Source of the DNA: an uncultured Planctomycetales bacterium
Lineage (GTDB): Bacteria; Omnitrophota; Gorgyraeia; Zapsychrales; JAHFFX01
Assembly (NCBI GenBank): GCA_964372915.1
Contig: CAYJRN010000005.1
Span: 11,329-75,328, forward strand
Direction: 5' to 3'
Length of the DNA stretch: 64,000 bases
Position 1 is the stretch's first letter. The number at the start of each line of letters is the position of its first letter. Below the pieces are notes generated by a model. It was not told the DNA's origin. It searched no databases and was given only the letters and a program-made list of their open reading frames with translations. Positions 12,331-25,414 of the stretch are shown here, piece by piece. The position numbers and the translations under genes are program-made.

Positions 12331-12332
12331 CT

Positions 12333-16907
<4,575 letters not shown>

Positions 16908-16960
16908 CGAAATTTCTCGATATAAATGTTCAACTTTCTTATTTTAGTTAAATCTTATCC

Positions 16961-16988
16961 ATTTTAACGATTCTAAGGAAATGTTCAA
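16961..16988 (-). promoter_or_regulatory. candidate sigma70 promoter of gltB (TTGAAC-N16-TAAAAT on minus strand)
   Basis: -35 complement at 16983-16988, -10 complement at 16961-16966, about 54-nt leader to gltB ATG. Confidence 0.45.
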
Positions 16989-17007
16989 TTGAAAAGTTAC
17001 ATGAAAA

Positions 17008-17072
17008 GTCACATGTCACAATGTCACAATGTCACAAAAAACACTTCTACGGTGACGTGTGACATTGTGACC
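17008..17072. promoter_or_regulatory. array of TGTCACA heptamers: four direct copies plus an inverted pair (14-bp arms, 21-bp spacer)
   Basis: GTCACATGTCACAATGTCACAATGTCACA ...21 nt... TGTGACATTGTGAC; between nadE stop and gltB promoter. Confidence 0.6.
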
Positions 17073-17075
17073 CCA

Positions 17076-18752
17076 TCAAAATTCCTTATATTTATTCGTA
17101 ATCGGCAACCTCCAATCTTTGCCGAAAGCCCTGGGGGTGATTTTAACCCCCGGCGGTGATTGCCGGCGTTTGTATTCGCTCCGGTCGACCATTGTGATAA
17201 CCTTCTTAACGATGTCGCCCGTAAATTTCTTCTTACTGATATCAACAAAAGACCGGTGTTCCTCGACATAGGCCTTAAGCATCTCATCCAAGTCCTCATA
17301 CGGCGGCAAAGAATCCTGATCGGTCTGGTTTTCCTTAAGCTCCGCCGTGGGCGCGCGAGTAAAAACACTTTCCGGAATCAAGCGCCCGCCCTCTTCATTG
17401 TTCCTCATCTTCGCCAATTCATAGACTTTCGTCTTGGGGACATCTTTAATGACCGCGAAACCTCCGGACATATCACCATAAAGCGTGCAATACCCGACGG
17501 CAATTTCGCTTTTATTGCCCGTCGTCAACACCAGCCACTCGAATTTATTAGAGAAGCCCATCAAGAGGTTCCCGCGGATACGGGCCTGCAGATTCTCTTC
17601 GGCCACGTTGCTGGGATATCCGGCAAAAGGCTCTTTCAAAGTCGCAAGATACGCGTTGAAGATTTCTTCGATCGGAACTTCCAGATATTTTATCCCTAAG
17701 TTCTGGGCGACACTTTTGGCATCAGACCGCGTTCCTTTCGAAGAGAACCGTGAGGGCATCGAAATCCCCACCACATTCTCCCTGCCAATGGCATCGCTGG
17801 CAATGAGAGCGACCAGCGAGGAATCAATGCCGCCGCTTAAACCAACCAGAACTTTTTTAAAACCGTTTTTCTTAACATAATCGCGCGTGCCCAAAACCAG
17901 GGCTCGATAAACACCCTCCAATCGAGTCAATGGCTTGGCTTTCTGTGCCGTGAGTGGAATTTTCGCGGCAGTACCCGCTCTTAAAGAAAGAATGGCCGTC
18001 TTCGCGTTCTTTTTCTTGGCCCGCGCTATTTCCAGATCCGCGACCAAAAGGTCCTCGTCAAACTCTTTGCCTGCGGCGAGCAATCGGCCTTGGGGGTCAA
18101 AAATGAGGCTCGCCCCGTCGAAAACCAATTCATCCTGACCGCCCACAATGTTGGCATAGCAAATAAAAGATTTGGTTTCAAGCGCGCGGCTTTTAAGCAT
18201 TTTCTTGCGAACTTCGAGTTTACCCTCGTAATAAGGAGAGGCGGAAATATTAATAAGGATTCGCGCGCCGGCCTTGGCCTGGCGCAGATACAACCCGTCG
18301 TGGATCCAGATGTCTTCGCAGATATTGACGCCAAATATTGTTTTGCCAAGGGCGAAAACTTTTTCGTTTTTTCCGGGCGTGAAATAGCGTTTCTCGTCAA
18401 ACACGCCGTAGTTGGGCAATTGCTCTTTATGACAAACGTCTTTAAGTTTCCCGTCGTGAAGAATAGCCGCGGCATTGAAGAGCTCGCCTTTTTTTCCTTT
18501 GTCGACAAATCCAATGATGGCTGTGAGATCAGAGGTCTTAGGTGCCAAAGATTTAAGCGCCGCGAGATTGTCGTGGACAAAGTGTTGTTTATACAAAAGG
18601 TCTTCCGGCGGATAACCGCAGACGGCGAGTTCCGGAAAGATCACAAGGTCGGCTTGCACCTTGCGCGCCTTTTCCAGATACCCGGCGATTTTCTTGGCGT
18701 TGCCGGTTAAATCGCCGACTGTTGGATTGATTTGGGCGATGGATATTCTCAT
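17076..18752 (-). CDS. nadE: glutamine-dependent NAD+ synthetase
   Basis: 558 aa; N-terminal CN-hydrolase (nitrilase) glutaminase domain plus C-terminal NAD synthetase PP-loop SGGIDSS. Confidence 0.9.
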   Translation of the reverse strand: MRISIAQINPTVGDLTGNAKKIAGYLEKARKVQADLVIFPELAVCGYPPEDLLYKQHFVHDNLAALKSLAPKTSDLTAIIGFVDKGKKGELFNAAAILHDGKLKDVCHKEQLPNYGVFDEKRYFTPGKNEKVFALGKTIFGVNICEDIWIHDGLYLRQAKAGARILINISASPYYEGKLEVRKKMLKSRALETKSFICYANIVGGQDELVFDGASLIFDPQGRLLAAGKEFDEDLLVADLEIARAKKKNAKTAILSLRAGTAAKIPLTAQKAKPLTRLEGVYRALVLGTRDYVKKNGFKKVLVGLSGGIDSSLVALIASDAIGRENVVGISMPSRFSSKGTRSDAKSVAQNLGIKYLEVPIEEIFNAYLATLKEPFAGYPSNVAEENLQARIRGNLLMGFSNKFEWLVLTTGNKSEIAVGYCTLYGDMSGGFAVIKDVPKTKVYELAKMRNNEEGGRLIPESVFTRAPTAELKENQTDQDSLPPYEDLDEMLKAYVEEHRSFVDISKKKFTGDIVKKVITMVDRSEYKRRQSPPGVKITPRAFGKDWRLPITNKYKEF

Positions 18753-18758
18753 ATCTAG

Positions 18759-19055
18759 CTATTTTCTGATTCTCACTCCGCCAGCCAGCGCGTATAAGAT
18801 AAAAGCGTTAATAAAAACAAAAAGTAAATAAAAAACATACGCCAATGCCCCCCAAAGCCTTGAATACGCGACGGACTTGGGGACCATCAGGATCCACGGC
18901 AAACAAAACGGAAGCAAAACGATGCTGCTTTCGCCGGAATCTGCGACATTCGTCTTCACCGAATACAAATGCCAACATAACGCCCAAATCGCCAACACCA
19001 CGAATATCCCCGCGACGATAAAACCTGTTATAGATTTTTGCAATTTCATACTCAT
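18759..19055 (-). CDS. hypothetical membrane protein (3 predicted TM helices)
   Basis: 98 aa, hydrophobic segments; AT-richer than neighbours. Confidence 0.4.
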   Translation of the reverse strand: MSMKLQKSITGFIVAGIFVVLAIWALCWHLYSVKTNVADSGESSIVLLPFCLPWILMVPKSVAYSRLWGALAYVFYLLFVFINAFILYALAGGVRIRK

Positions 19056-19311
19056 AACTTACTTTTGTTCTGCTGCGCCATCTTTTTGTGGTGCCTATTT
19101 TTTAGGCAGGGCACATTAAAAATTCTTACACTTTGACGCGGCTATCAATCGTGATCTTCATAAAGTTATCATACATCTTCCGGGCTGTCGCGCTCAAGGT
19201 TTCCTATTTCTTTTTGTACGTCTCAAGTCTCTCTTGGGCCTTCTGTTTGAGCGCCTTCTTGATAAAAACATCCTCGTCTTTGAGAAATGAAAACTTGTCC
19301 TCTATATTAAC

Positions 19312-19346
19312 AAAAAGCCCAAGAGTTTTTAAGCTCCTGGGCTTTT
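19312..19346 (-). terminator. rho-independent terminator downstream of glnN
   Basis: Minus-strand hairpin AGCCCAGGAG/CUCUUGGGCU with 10-bp stem (one GU), followed by UUUUUGUU; 23 nt after glnN stop. Confidence 0.7.
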
Positions 19347-19368
19347 ATTTGCTTTATTTCTACTGGGC

Positions 19369-21546
19369 TTAATTCATCAGGAGCATTTCCGCGTATGACG
19401 GCAGCGGCCACTTGTCCGCCGGAACCAAATTCTCCAGCGCGTCCACGGCCTCACGAAGTTTCAACATACCCGCGTTGGTCTTGGCGGCATCGTGCTTGGC
19501 GATCGCGGCCTCGAGCGCATCAGCGGCACCGATAGCGGCTTCCGTCAAAGCGGCGACTTGCCTTAACAGGCCCTTAGTCGCCGTCGTTTTACCGAAGGTA
19601 CCGACGATCTTGATCGTTTCCGCCAATTCTTTTTCAAACGAAAGCGCGGCTGGGATAATCTGCGTACGAGCCATCGTTGCGGCGCAGTTACCTTCGATTT
19701 GAACCATCGTCTGGTACCCGTGCTTATAAATTTCGTAGCGGGATGCGGTTTCCCGACGAGAAAGGACCCCGTGCTTTTCCAAAACGCGGATGTTTTTATC
19801 CTCTTTGAACTGTTCTAACGACTCGGGAGTCGATTTTAAATTCAAAAGACCGCGCTTTTTCGCTTCTTTCTGCCATTCCTCGATGTAGTTATCGCCGTTA
19901 TAAATGATCCGCTTGTGTTTCTTGATAATCTCCTGAAGGACTTTCTGCAAAGAGCTGTTGAAATCCTTCTTGGCTTTAACATCCGTCTCGAGCTGCGCGC
20001 AGATCTGATCCAAGGCCTCCGCCACAATCGTATTCAACACGACGTTCGGGCCCGAGGGGCTCATGTTAGAACCCACGGCGCGAAACTCGAACTTGGCGCC
20101 GGTGAAGGCAAAAGGAGAAGTTCTGTTCCTGTCGGTGGCATCACGAGGAAGGATGGGCAAAGAATCAACGCCGATATGAATAACACCGCCTTCCTTCGAG
20201 GTTTTCGGCGAACCTTTCTCAATCTGTTCGATGATATCCGTCAGCTGATCCCCAAGAAAAATCGAGATGATGGCCGGCGGAGCCTCGTTGGCCCCCAGAC
20301 GATGATCGTTGCCGGCGGTTGCCACGGACACTCTTAAGAGCCCCTGATACTCATCGACGGCTTTGATGACGGCGCAAAGCATCGTCAAGAACTTCGCGTT
20401 TTCGTGCGGGGTCTTGCCCGGATACAACCAGTTCTTGCCATCGGGCCCAACGATTGACCAGTTGTTGTGCTTGCCGGAACCGTTGACACCGGCAAAAGGC
20501 TTCTCGTGCAACAAACACGTCAAGCCGTGTTTATCGGCGGTCTGTCTCATCACTTCCATCGCAATCATGTTGTGATCAACGCCGAGATTCAGTTCTTCGA
20601 AGACCGGAGCGATTTCGTATTGGGCCGGGGAGACTTCGTTATGACGAGTCTTGGACGGAATACCCAATCTCCAAAGGGCGCGATCCAGATCTTCCATAAA
20701 GGCCATGACCCGCGGTTTGATGGCACCAAAATAATGATCTTCCTGCTGCTGATGCTTGGCAGGTTTGCGGCCAAACAAGGTACGACCCGTTTGGACCAAA
20801 TCCATACGAGCTTCGTAGTAAGCCTTATCGATGAGAAAATATTCCTGCTCGGGTCCTAAAGTCGCATACGAACGCTTGCCCTTGACATCAATGCCAAAGA
20901 GCTTGCCTAAACGCGAGGCCTGCTTGGAGAGCGCCGCCATGGAACGCAGAAGCGGTGTTTTCTTATCGAGCGCTTCCCCGTGATAACCGCAGAAGATCGT
21001 TGGGATGCAAAGCGTGGCGCATTCCGGACCTTCCTTAATAAAGGCGGGGCTGGTGGGGTCCCACGCCGTGTAACCGCGGGCTTCAAACGTCGCGCGCAAA
21101 CCGCCCGACGGGAAACTGGAGGCGTCGGGTTCGCCCTGAATCAATTCCTTGCCGGAAAATTTGAGCATCACTCCGCCTTCTGTGTCCGGAGAAATGAACG
21201 CGTCGTGCTTTTCGGCGGTCATGCCGGTCAAAGGCTGGAACCAATGGGTAAAATGGGTCGCCCCTTTGGCCAACGCCCAATTCTTCATGGCCTCGGCCAC
21301 TTCATCGGCGATATTGGGATCCAATTTGCCGCCTTCTCTAATAGTGGTACTAATCGACTGGAACGCCTTCTCTGAAAGATGCTCGCGCATGATCTTCAAA
21401 CCGAAGACATTCTCGCCATAGATGTCGGCAATCGTTTTTTTCGCTTCCCCATTGCCCGTTTCACCCCTAATGCTCTCCTTCAAATTGAAAACCGTCTGAT
21501 CAAAATCCTGCATCAGTTGCCTTCTTTTTTTGTTCACTTCATTCAT
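19369..21546 (-). CDS. glnN: glutamine synthetase type III
   Basis: 725 aa, length and domain order typical of GSIII. Confidence 0.85.
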   Translation of the reverse strand: MNEVNKKRRQLMQDFDQTVFNLKESIRGETGNGEAKKTIADIYGENVFGLKIMREHLSEKAFQSISTTIREGGKLDPNIADEVAEAMKNWALAKGATHFTHWFQPLTGMTAEKHDAFISPDTEGGVMLKFSGKELIQGEPDASSFPSGGLRATFEARGYTAWDPTSPAFIKEGPECATLCIPTIFCGYHGEALDKKTPLLRSMAALSKQASRLGKLFGIDVKGKRSYATLGPEQEYFLIDKAYYEARMDLVQTGRTLFGRKPAKHQQQEDHYFGAIKPRVMAFMEDLDRALWRLGIPSKTRHNEVSPAQYEIAPVFEELNLGVDHNMIAMEVMRQTADKHGLTCLLHEKPFAGVNGSGKHNNWSIVGPDGKNWLYPGKTPHENAKFLTMLCAVIKAVDEYQGLLRVSVATAGNDHRLGANEAPPAIISIFLGDQLTDIIEQIEKGSPKTSKEGGVIHIGVDSLPILPRDATDRNRTSPFAFTGAKFEFRAVGSNMSPSGPNVVLNTIVAEALDQICAQLETDVKAKKDFNSSLQKVLQEIIKKHKRIIYNGDNYIEEWQKEAKKRGLLNLKSTPESLEQFKEDKNIRVLEKHGVLSRRETASRYEIYKHGYQTMVQIEGNCAATMARTQIIPAALSFEKELAETIKIVGTFGKTTATKGLLRQVAALTEAAIGAADALEAAIAKHDAAKTNAGMLKLREAVDALENLVPADKWPLPSYAEMLLMN

Positions 21547-21630
21547 GCCATTCTCCTCAATTTCCTAACCTCCGCGGACTCACATCCGTGGAGGTTCCTT
21601 GTGTCTTTCGCTTACCGTTTTAAAATCCCC

Positions 21631-21674
21631 CCGCCTGTCCGCCTCGCCGAAGGCTCGCCGAGGCGGACAGGCGG
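21631..21674 (-). terminator. GC-rich hairpin after glnA (16-bp perfect stem) in glnA-glnN spacer
   Basis: CCGCCTGTCCGCCTCG ... CGAGGCGGACAGGCGG; on the minus strand followed by GGGGAUUUUAAAA. Confidence 0.5.
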
Positions 21675-21688
21675 GGCGCGAAGCGAGA

Positions 21689-23170
21689 TTAAACATCGTA
21701 ATACAGATGAAACTCGTAGGGGTGCGGCCTTAAACGGATGCTGTCGATATCGACTTCGTTCTTGTATTCAATCCACGTGTCAATCACGTCATCCGTAAAA
21801 ACGCCGCCGGCCGTCAAGAAGCCCCGATCCTTATCCAAGGCCTCCAAGGCCTGTTCCAGAGAACGAGGAACAGTTTTGATCTTCTTGGCCTCGGCCTCAG
21901 GCAACGCATAGATGTTCTTGTCAATCGGCTGACCCGGATCGATCTTGTGCTTAATGCCGTCGATGCCGGCCATAAGCATCGCCGCCATCGCCAGGTACGG
22001 GTTGCACGACGGGTCCGGCGGACGAAATTCGATTCTTTTCGCCTTTTCGCTTGCGGAATACATCGGAATGCGCACTGCCGCGGATCTATTCCTTTGCGAA
22101 TACACCAAATTCACCGGCGCTTCATAGCCGGGAACAAGACGTTTGTACGAATTCGTCGTCGGCGCCGCGAAGGCCAAAATCGCATGGGCATGCTTCAGGA
22201 GTCCGCCGATATAATGCTTGGCCATATCGCTCAAAAGCGCGTAACCTTTCTTGTCATAGAACAAGTTCTTACCGTCCTTCCAAAGACTTTGGTGGACGTG
22301 CATCCCGGAACCGTTATCCTTGAAGATGGGCTTGGGCATGAAGGTCGCCGTCATGTTATTTTTCTTGGCGATATTCTTAATCACGTACTTGTAGATCAAG
22401 AGATTATCGCACATCCTTACCAGCGGACTATAGCGGATGTCGATCTCGCACTGACCGGCGGTCGCCACCTCATGGTGATGAACCTCAACGGGAACGCCCA
22501 CCTTCCTTAACGTGAGCATAATCTCGCTACGAATATCCTGCAGCGTATCATGGGGCGGCACCGGAAAGTAGCCTTCCTTATATCGCGGTTTGTAGCCGAG
22601 ATTCGGTTTCTCGTCGCGACCGGTGTTCCATTCCCCTTCATTCGAATCGATGTAATAGTAACCGCTATTTTCCGTCTGATCGAAACGGATGTCGTTAAAG
22701 AGAAAGAACTCGGCCTCCGGCCCCCAGTAACTGATGTCCGCGATCTTCGTCGATTTTAAGTATCCGGCCGCCTTTTGCGCGATATACCGGGGATCCCGGG
22801 AATACGGATCCTTGGAAATAGGATCGTACACATCGCAGATAATGCTGAGCGTGGGCACCTGGGCAATGGGATCCACGAAAGCGGTCGTCGCATCCGGTCT
22901 AAGGATCATGTCGCTTTCGTGAATCTTCTTAAAACCGCGAATACTCGAACCGTCAAACCCAATCCCCTCCTTCCAGATGCTGGATTCGGCATCCAGATCT
23001 TCCGATGGAATTGAAAAATGCTGCCAAAGACCGGGCAGGTCGTTGAATTTGAAATCAACGACCCTGATCCCGTTCTTTTCAATCAACTTTGATACGTCTT
23101 TTACATCCTTGGGATGACCGTTTTCATCCTTTTTGGTCACCAGCGTGGTCATAGCATTCTCCCTTCTCAA
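21689..23170 (-). CDS. glnA: glutamine synthetase type I
   Basis: 493 aa; GS beta-grasp plus catalytic domain with GSGMHVHQS signature. Confidence 0.9.
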   Translation of the reverse strand: MRRENAMTTLVTKKDENGHPKDVKDVSKLIEKNGIRVVDFKFNDLPGLWQHFSIPSEDLDAESSIWKEGIGFDGSSIRGFKKIHESDMILRPDATTAFVDPIAQVPTLSIICDVYDPISKDPYSRDPRYIAQKAAGYLKSTKIADISYWGPEAEFFLFNDIRFDQTENSGYYYIDSNEGEWNTGRDEKPNLGYKPRYKEGYFPVPPHDTLQDIRSEIMLTLRKVGVPVEVHHHEVATAGQCEIDIRYSPLVRMCDNLLIYKYVIKNIAKKNNMTATFMPKPIFKDNGSGMHVHQSLWKDGKNLFYDKKGYALLSDMAKHYIGGLLKHAHAILAFAAPTTNSYKRLVPGYEAPVNLVYSQRNRSAAVRIPMYSASEKAKRIEFRPPDPSCNPYLAMAAMLMAGIDGIKHKIDPGQPIDKNIYALPEAEAKKIKTVPRSLEQALEALDKDRGFLTAGGVFTDDVIDTWIEYKNEVDIDSIRLRPHPYEFHLYYDV

Positions 23171-23207
23171 ATATAATAAACTTACGCCCTATGTGCTTTT
23201 GAGGATC

Positions 23208-23252
23208 AACGATGACCAGCGCCGCGCGCGGCTCATTGCGCTGGTCATCGTT
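23208..23252. promoter_or_regulatory. 15-bp perfect inverted repeat with 15-nt spacer between glnK and glnA
   Basis: AACGATGACCAGCGC cgcgcgcggctcatt GCGCTGGTCATCGTT. Confidence 0.5.
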
Positions 23253-23263
23253 AAAACCATCTT

Positions 23264-23605
23264 TTAACCAATCGCCTGCGGACCTTCGTCGCCGGTCCTG
23301 ATCCGAATGCAGCGCGGCAGATCCACGACAAAAATTTTTCCGTCGCCGATCTTGCCGGTGCGGGCACCTTTGATAATCGCCTTGACGGTCGGCTCAACGA
23401 AATTCTCATTGACCGCGATATCCAGACGGATTTTTCTCAAGAGGTTCCCCGATTCCTTGGAACCGCGATAGAACTCATCGACACCTTTTTGGCGGCCGTG
23501 ACCCAAAACCTCACTGACCGTAATCAGATTCACATCCGCTTCATAAAGCGCTTTTTTGACTTCCTCCAACCGATGCGGTTGAATAATGGCTATAACAAGT
23601 TTCAT
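23264..23605 (-). CDS. glnK: nitrogen regulatory protein P-II
   Basis: 113 aa; MKLVIAIIQPHRLEEVKKAL, T-loop region GRQKG; adjacent to amtB. Confidence 0.93.
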   Translation of the reverse strand: MKLVIAIIQPHRLEEVKKALYEADVNLITVSEVLGHGRQKGVDEFYRGSKESGNLLRKIRLDIAVNENFVEPTVKAIIKGARTGKIGDGKIFVVDLPRCIRIRTGDEGPQAIG

Positions 23606-23669
23606 GGAATTTCCTCCTCATTTCCCTCGAAAGACATAGAAACATCTTCGAGAGATTCAGTTTTATGAA

Positions 23670-24908
23670 TTATTCTAAGATAGTATATGCTCTCTCGTGA
23701 TGCTGCGACAGGTCAAGACCCAAGACTTCGTCTTCCTGAACGGCTCTCACCCCGACGATCATATCCACCACCTTATAAATGATGAGAGTGACAACGAATG
23801 AATATACGAGCGTCACTCCCACGGCTGCTGCCTGAATGAGGAGTTGCTTCGGGTTCCCTAAAAGCAGGCCGTCTGCGCCGGCCGAGTTGACGACTTTGGT
23901 GGCAAAAATCCCCGTCGCCAAAGCGCCCCACATACCGCCGATACAGTGAACGCCGAAAGCGTCCAGTGAATCATCGTAACCGAATTTTGGTTTGAGGATA
24001 CTCACCGCCAAGAAGCAGAAGCAGCTCACCAGTAAGCCGATCCAAATCGCGCCAGTCACATCGACAAAACCCGCGGCCGGAGTAATCGCGACCAACCCGG
24101 CGACCGCGCCGGTGGCCATCCCCAGCATCGTCGGCTTGCCCGAAAAAATCCATTCCACAAGCGCCCAGCTCAAGCCCGCCGCTGCCGTTGCCACGTGAGT
24201 CGTCACAAAGGCATTCGCCGCAAGACCATTGGCTGCTAAAGCGCTGCCAGCGTTAAAACCGAACCACCCGAACCACAGCAAAGCCGCCCCTATAACCGTG
24301 AACGGCAGATTGTGAATCGCCGTTGCCTTATTTTCATAACCATGACGGGGACCCAAAACCAAGGCTGTCGCCAAGGCCGCGATACCGGCGTTGATATGAA
24401 CGACCGTACCACCGGCAAAATCCAAGGCGCCCATGTTCCTTACCCAGCCGCCCACCGCCCAAACCATGTGGCAGATCGGATCATAAACGAATGTCGCCCA
24501 CAAAAGAATAAAAAGAATGTAGGCGGAAAACTTCATGCGCTCGGCAAAAGCACCGATGATGATAGCCGGCGTAATGACCGCGAACATCATCTGGAAAATC
24601 ATAAAGGCCTGATGAGGAATGGTCGCCGCATAATCGGCATTCGGGGTAAGTCCTACGTCTTTAAGCATGAACCAATCCAATCCTCCAATAAAAGGATTCC
24701 CCTTACCAAAGGAAAGGCTGTAGCCCAAAACCACCCACTGCAACGAAAGCACGCACATCGCGGCAAAGCATTGCATGAGGACACTCAAAACATTCTTACG
24801 TCTGACCAGGCCTCCGTAGAAGAAGGCCAAGCCAGGAATCGTCATTAACATGACCAGGGCACTGGAAACCAGAACCCACGCTGTATCTCCGGCATTGATT
24901 TGATCCAT
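23670..24908 (-). CDS. amtB: ammonium transporter
   Basis: 412 aa; Amt/MEP signature, 11 TM helices, upstream of glnK. Confidence 0.93.
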   Translation of the reverse strand: MDQINAGDTAWVLVSSALVMLMTIPGLAFFYGGLVRRKNVLSVLMQCFAAMCVLSLQWVVLGYSLSFGKGNPFIGGLDWFMLKDVGLTPNADYAATIPHQAFMIFQMMFAVITPAIIIGAFAERMKFSAYILFILLWATFVYDPICHMVWAVGGWVRNMGALDFAGGTVVHINAGIAALATALVLGPRHGYENKATAIHNLPFTVIGAALLWFGWFGFNAGSALAANGLAANAFVTTHVATAAAGLSWALVEWIFSGKPTMLGMATGAVAGLVAITPAAGFVDVTGAIWIGLLVSCFCFLAVSILKPKFGYDDSLDAFGVHCIGGMWGALATGIFATKVVNSAGADGLLLGNPKQLLIQAAAVGVTLVYSFVVTLIIYKVVDMIVGVRAVQEDEVLGLDLSQHHERAYTILE

Positions 24909-25154
24909 TTCGCTTATCTCCCTTCGCTTTTAAAATATTTTTGAAACCATTTGCCTTAAACCCAACCTCTGATTCTTAGGACCTCATTGCCCTTCTTTCT
25001 TTAGCGAATGAGGCAATAAAAAATCCGATTCGAACCCCCGGATATTAAGATGGGTTCTCGTCGGACTTCTATGCCCAATCACTAAATTTCTGCTGATCCA
25101 ACAACTCTCAGCCTCTTGTGCTTGAAGACTTCATCGCCTTCAAAAGACGAAGAG

Positions 25155-25183
25155 AGTATAACTTTTGTCTTTTGGCTTGTCAA
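25155..25183 (-). promoter_or_regulatory. near-consensus sigma70 promoter (TTGACA-N17-TATACT) about 245 nt upstream of amtB
   Basis: -35 complement at 25178-25183, -10 complement at 25155-25160. Confidence 0.5.
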
Positions 25184-25245
25184 GAAAATTTTTAGTGAGA
25201 CTTAATTTGCGGAACGCTAGTGAACGCAAATGAGAAGTCGAACTT

Positions 25246-25260
25246 ATCCCCGAAGGGGAT
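25246..25260. repeat. short CCCC-GAA-GGGG hairpin (REP-like family, minimal copy)
   Basis: ATCCCCGAAGGGGAT. Confidence 0.4.
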
Positions 25261-25296
25261 TAGCAAGGCTTAACCCCCGCCCGCCGGCGGCGGGCC

Positions 25297-25322
25297 AATT
25301 GTGGCCGCGCGGCCACAATTGT
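25297..25322. repeat. 26-bp perfect palindrome CAATTGTGGCCGCGCGGCCACAATTG
   Basis: Self-complementary over all 26 nt; flanked by a second GC palindrome CCCGCCGGCGGCGGG. Confidence 0.8.
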
Positions 25323-25346
25323 AGTGTAAAACGGCATGCGGGGGAA

Positions 25347-25384
25347 CGTAAGTCACTGTGCGAATTACCCCCGAAGGGGGTCGA
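25347..25384 (+). repeat. REP-like dispersed element copy 1 (CGTAAGT...GTGCGAATTACCCCCGAAGGGGG)
   Basis: 20-nt core CGAATTACCCCCGAAGGGGG also at 53327 and 55790 (reverse complement); 5' part GTGCGAATT(T)ACCCC also at 58271 and 60109. Confidence 0.7.
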
Positions 25385-25414
25385 AGGGTGTTAAAAATCT
25401 TTGCAATGAACAAC

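Noticed and set aside
17008-17040. Possible CRISPR-like or iteron array (ATGTCACA repeated)
   Set aside because: 8-bp period with no spacers; only 4 + 2 units; no cas genes. Interpreted as a transcription-factor site array instead.
25016-25045. tRNA T-arm-like fragment (GGGGGTTCGAATCGGA) in amtB leader as a possible integration-site remnant
   Set aside because: Only the T-loop word TTCGAAT matches; no acceptor or anticodon arms; more simply a short hairpin plus U-tract.
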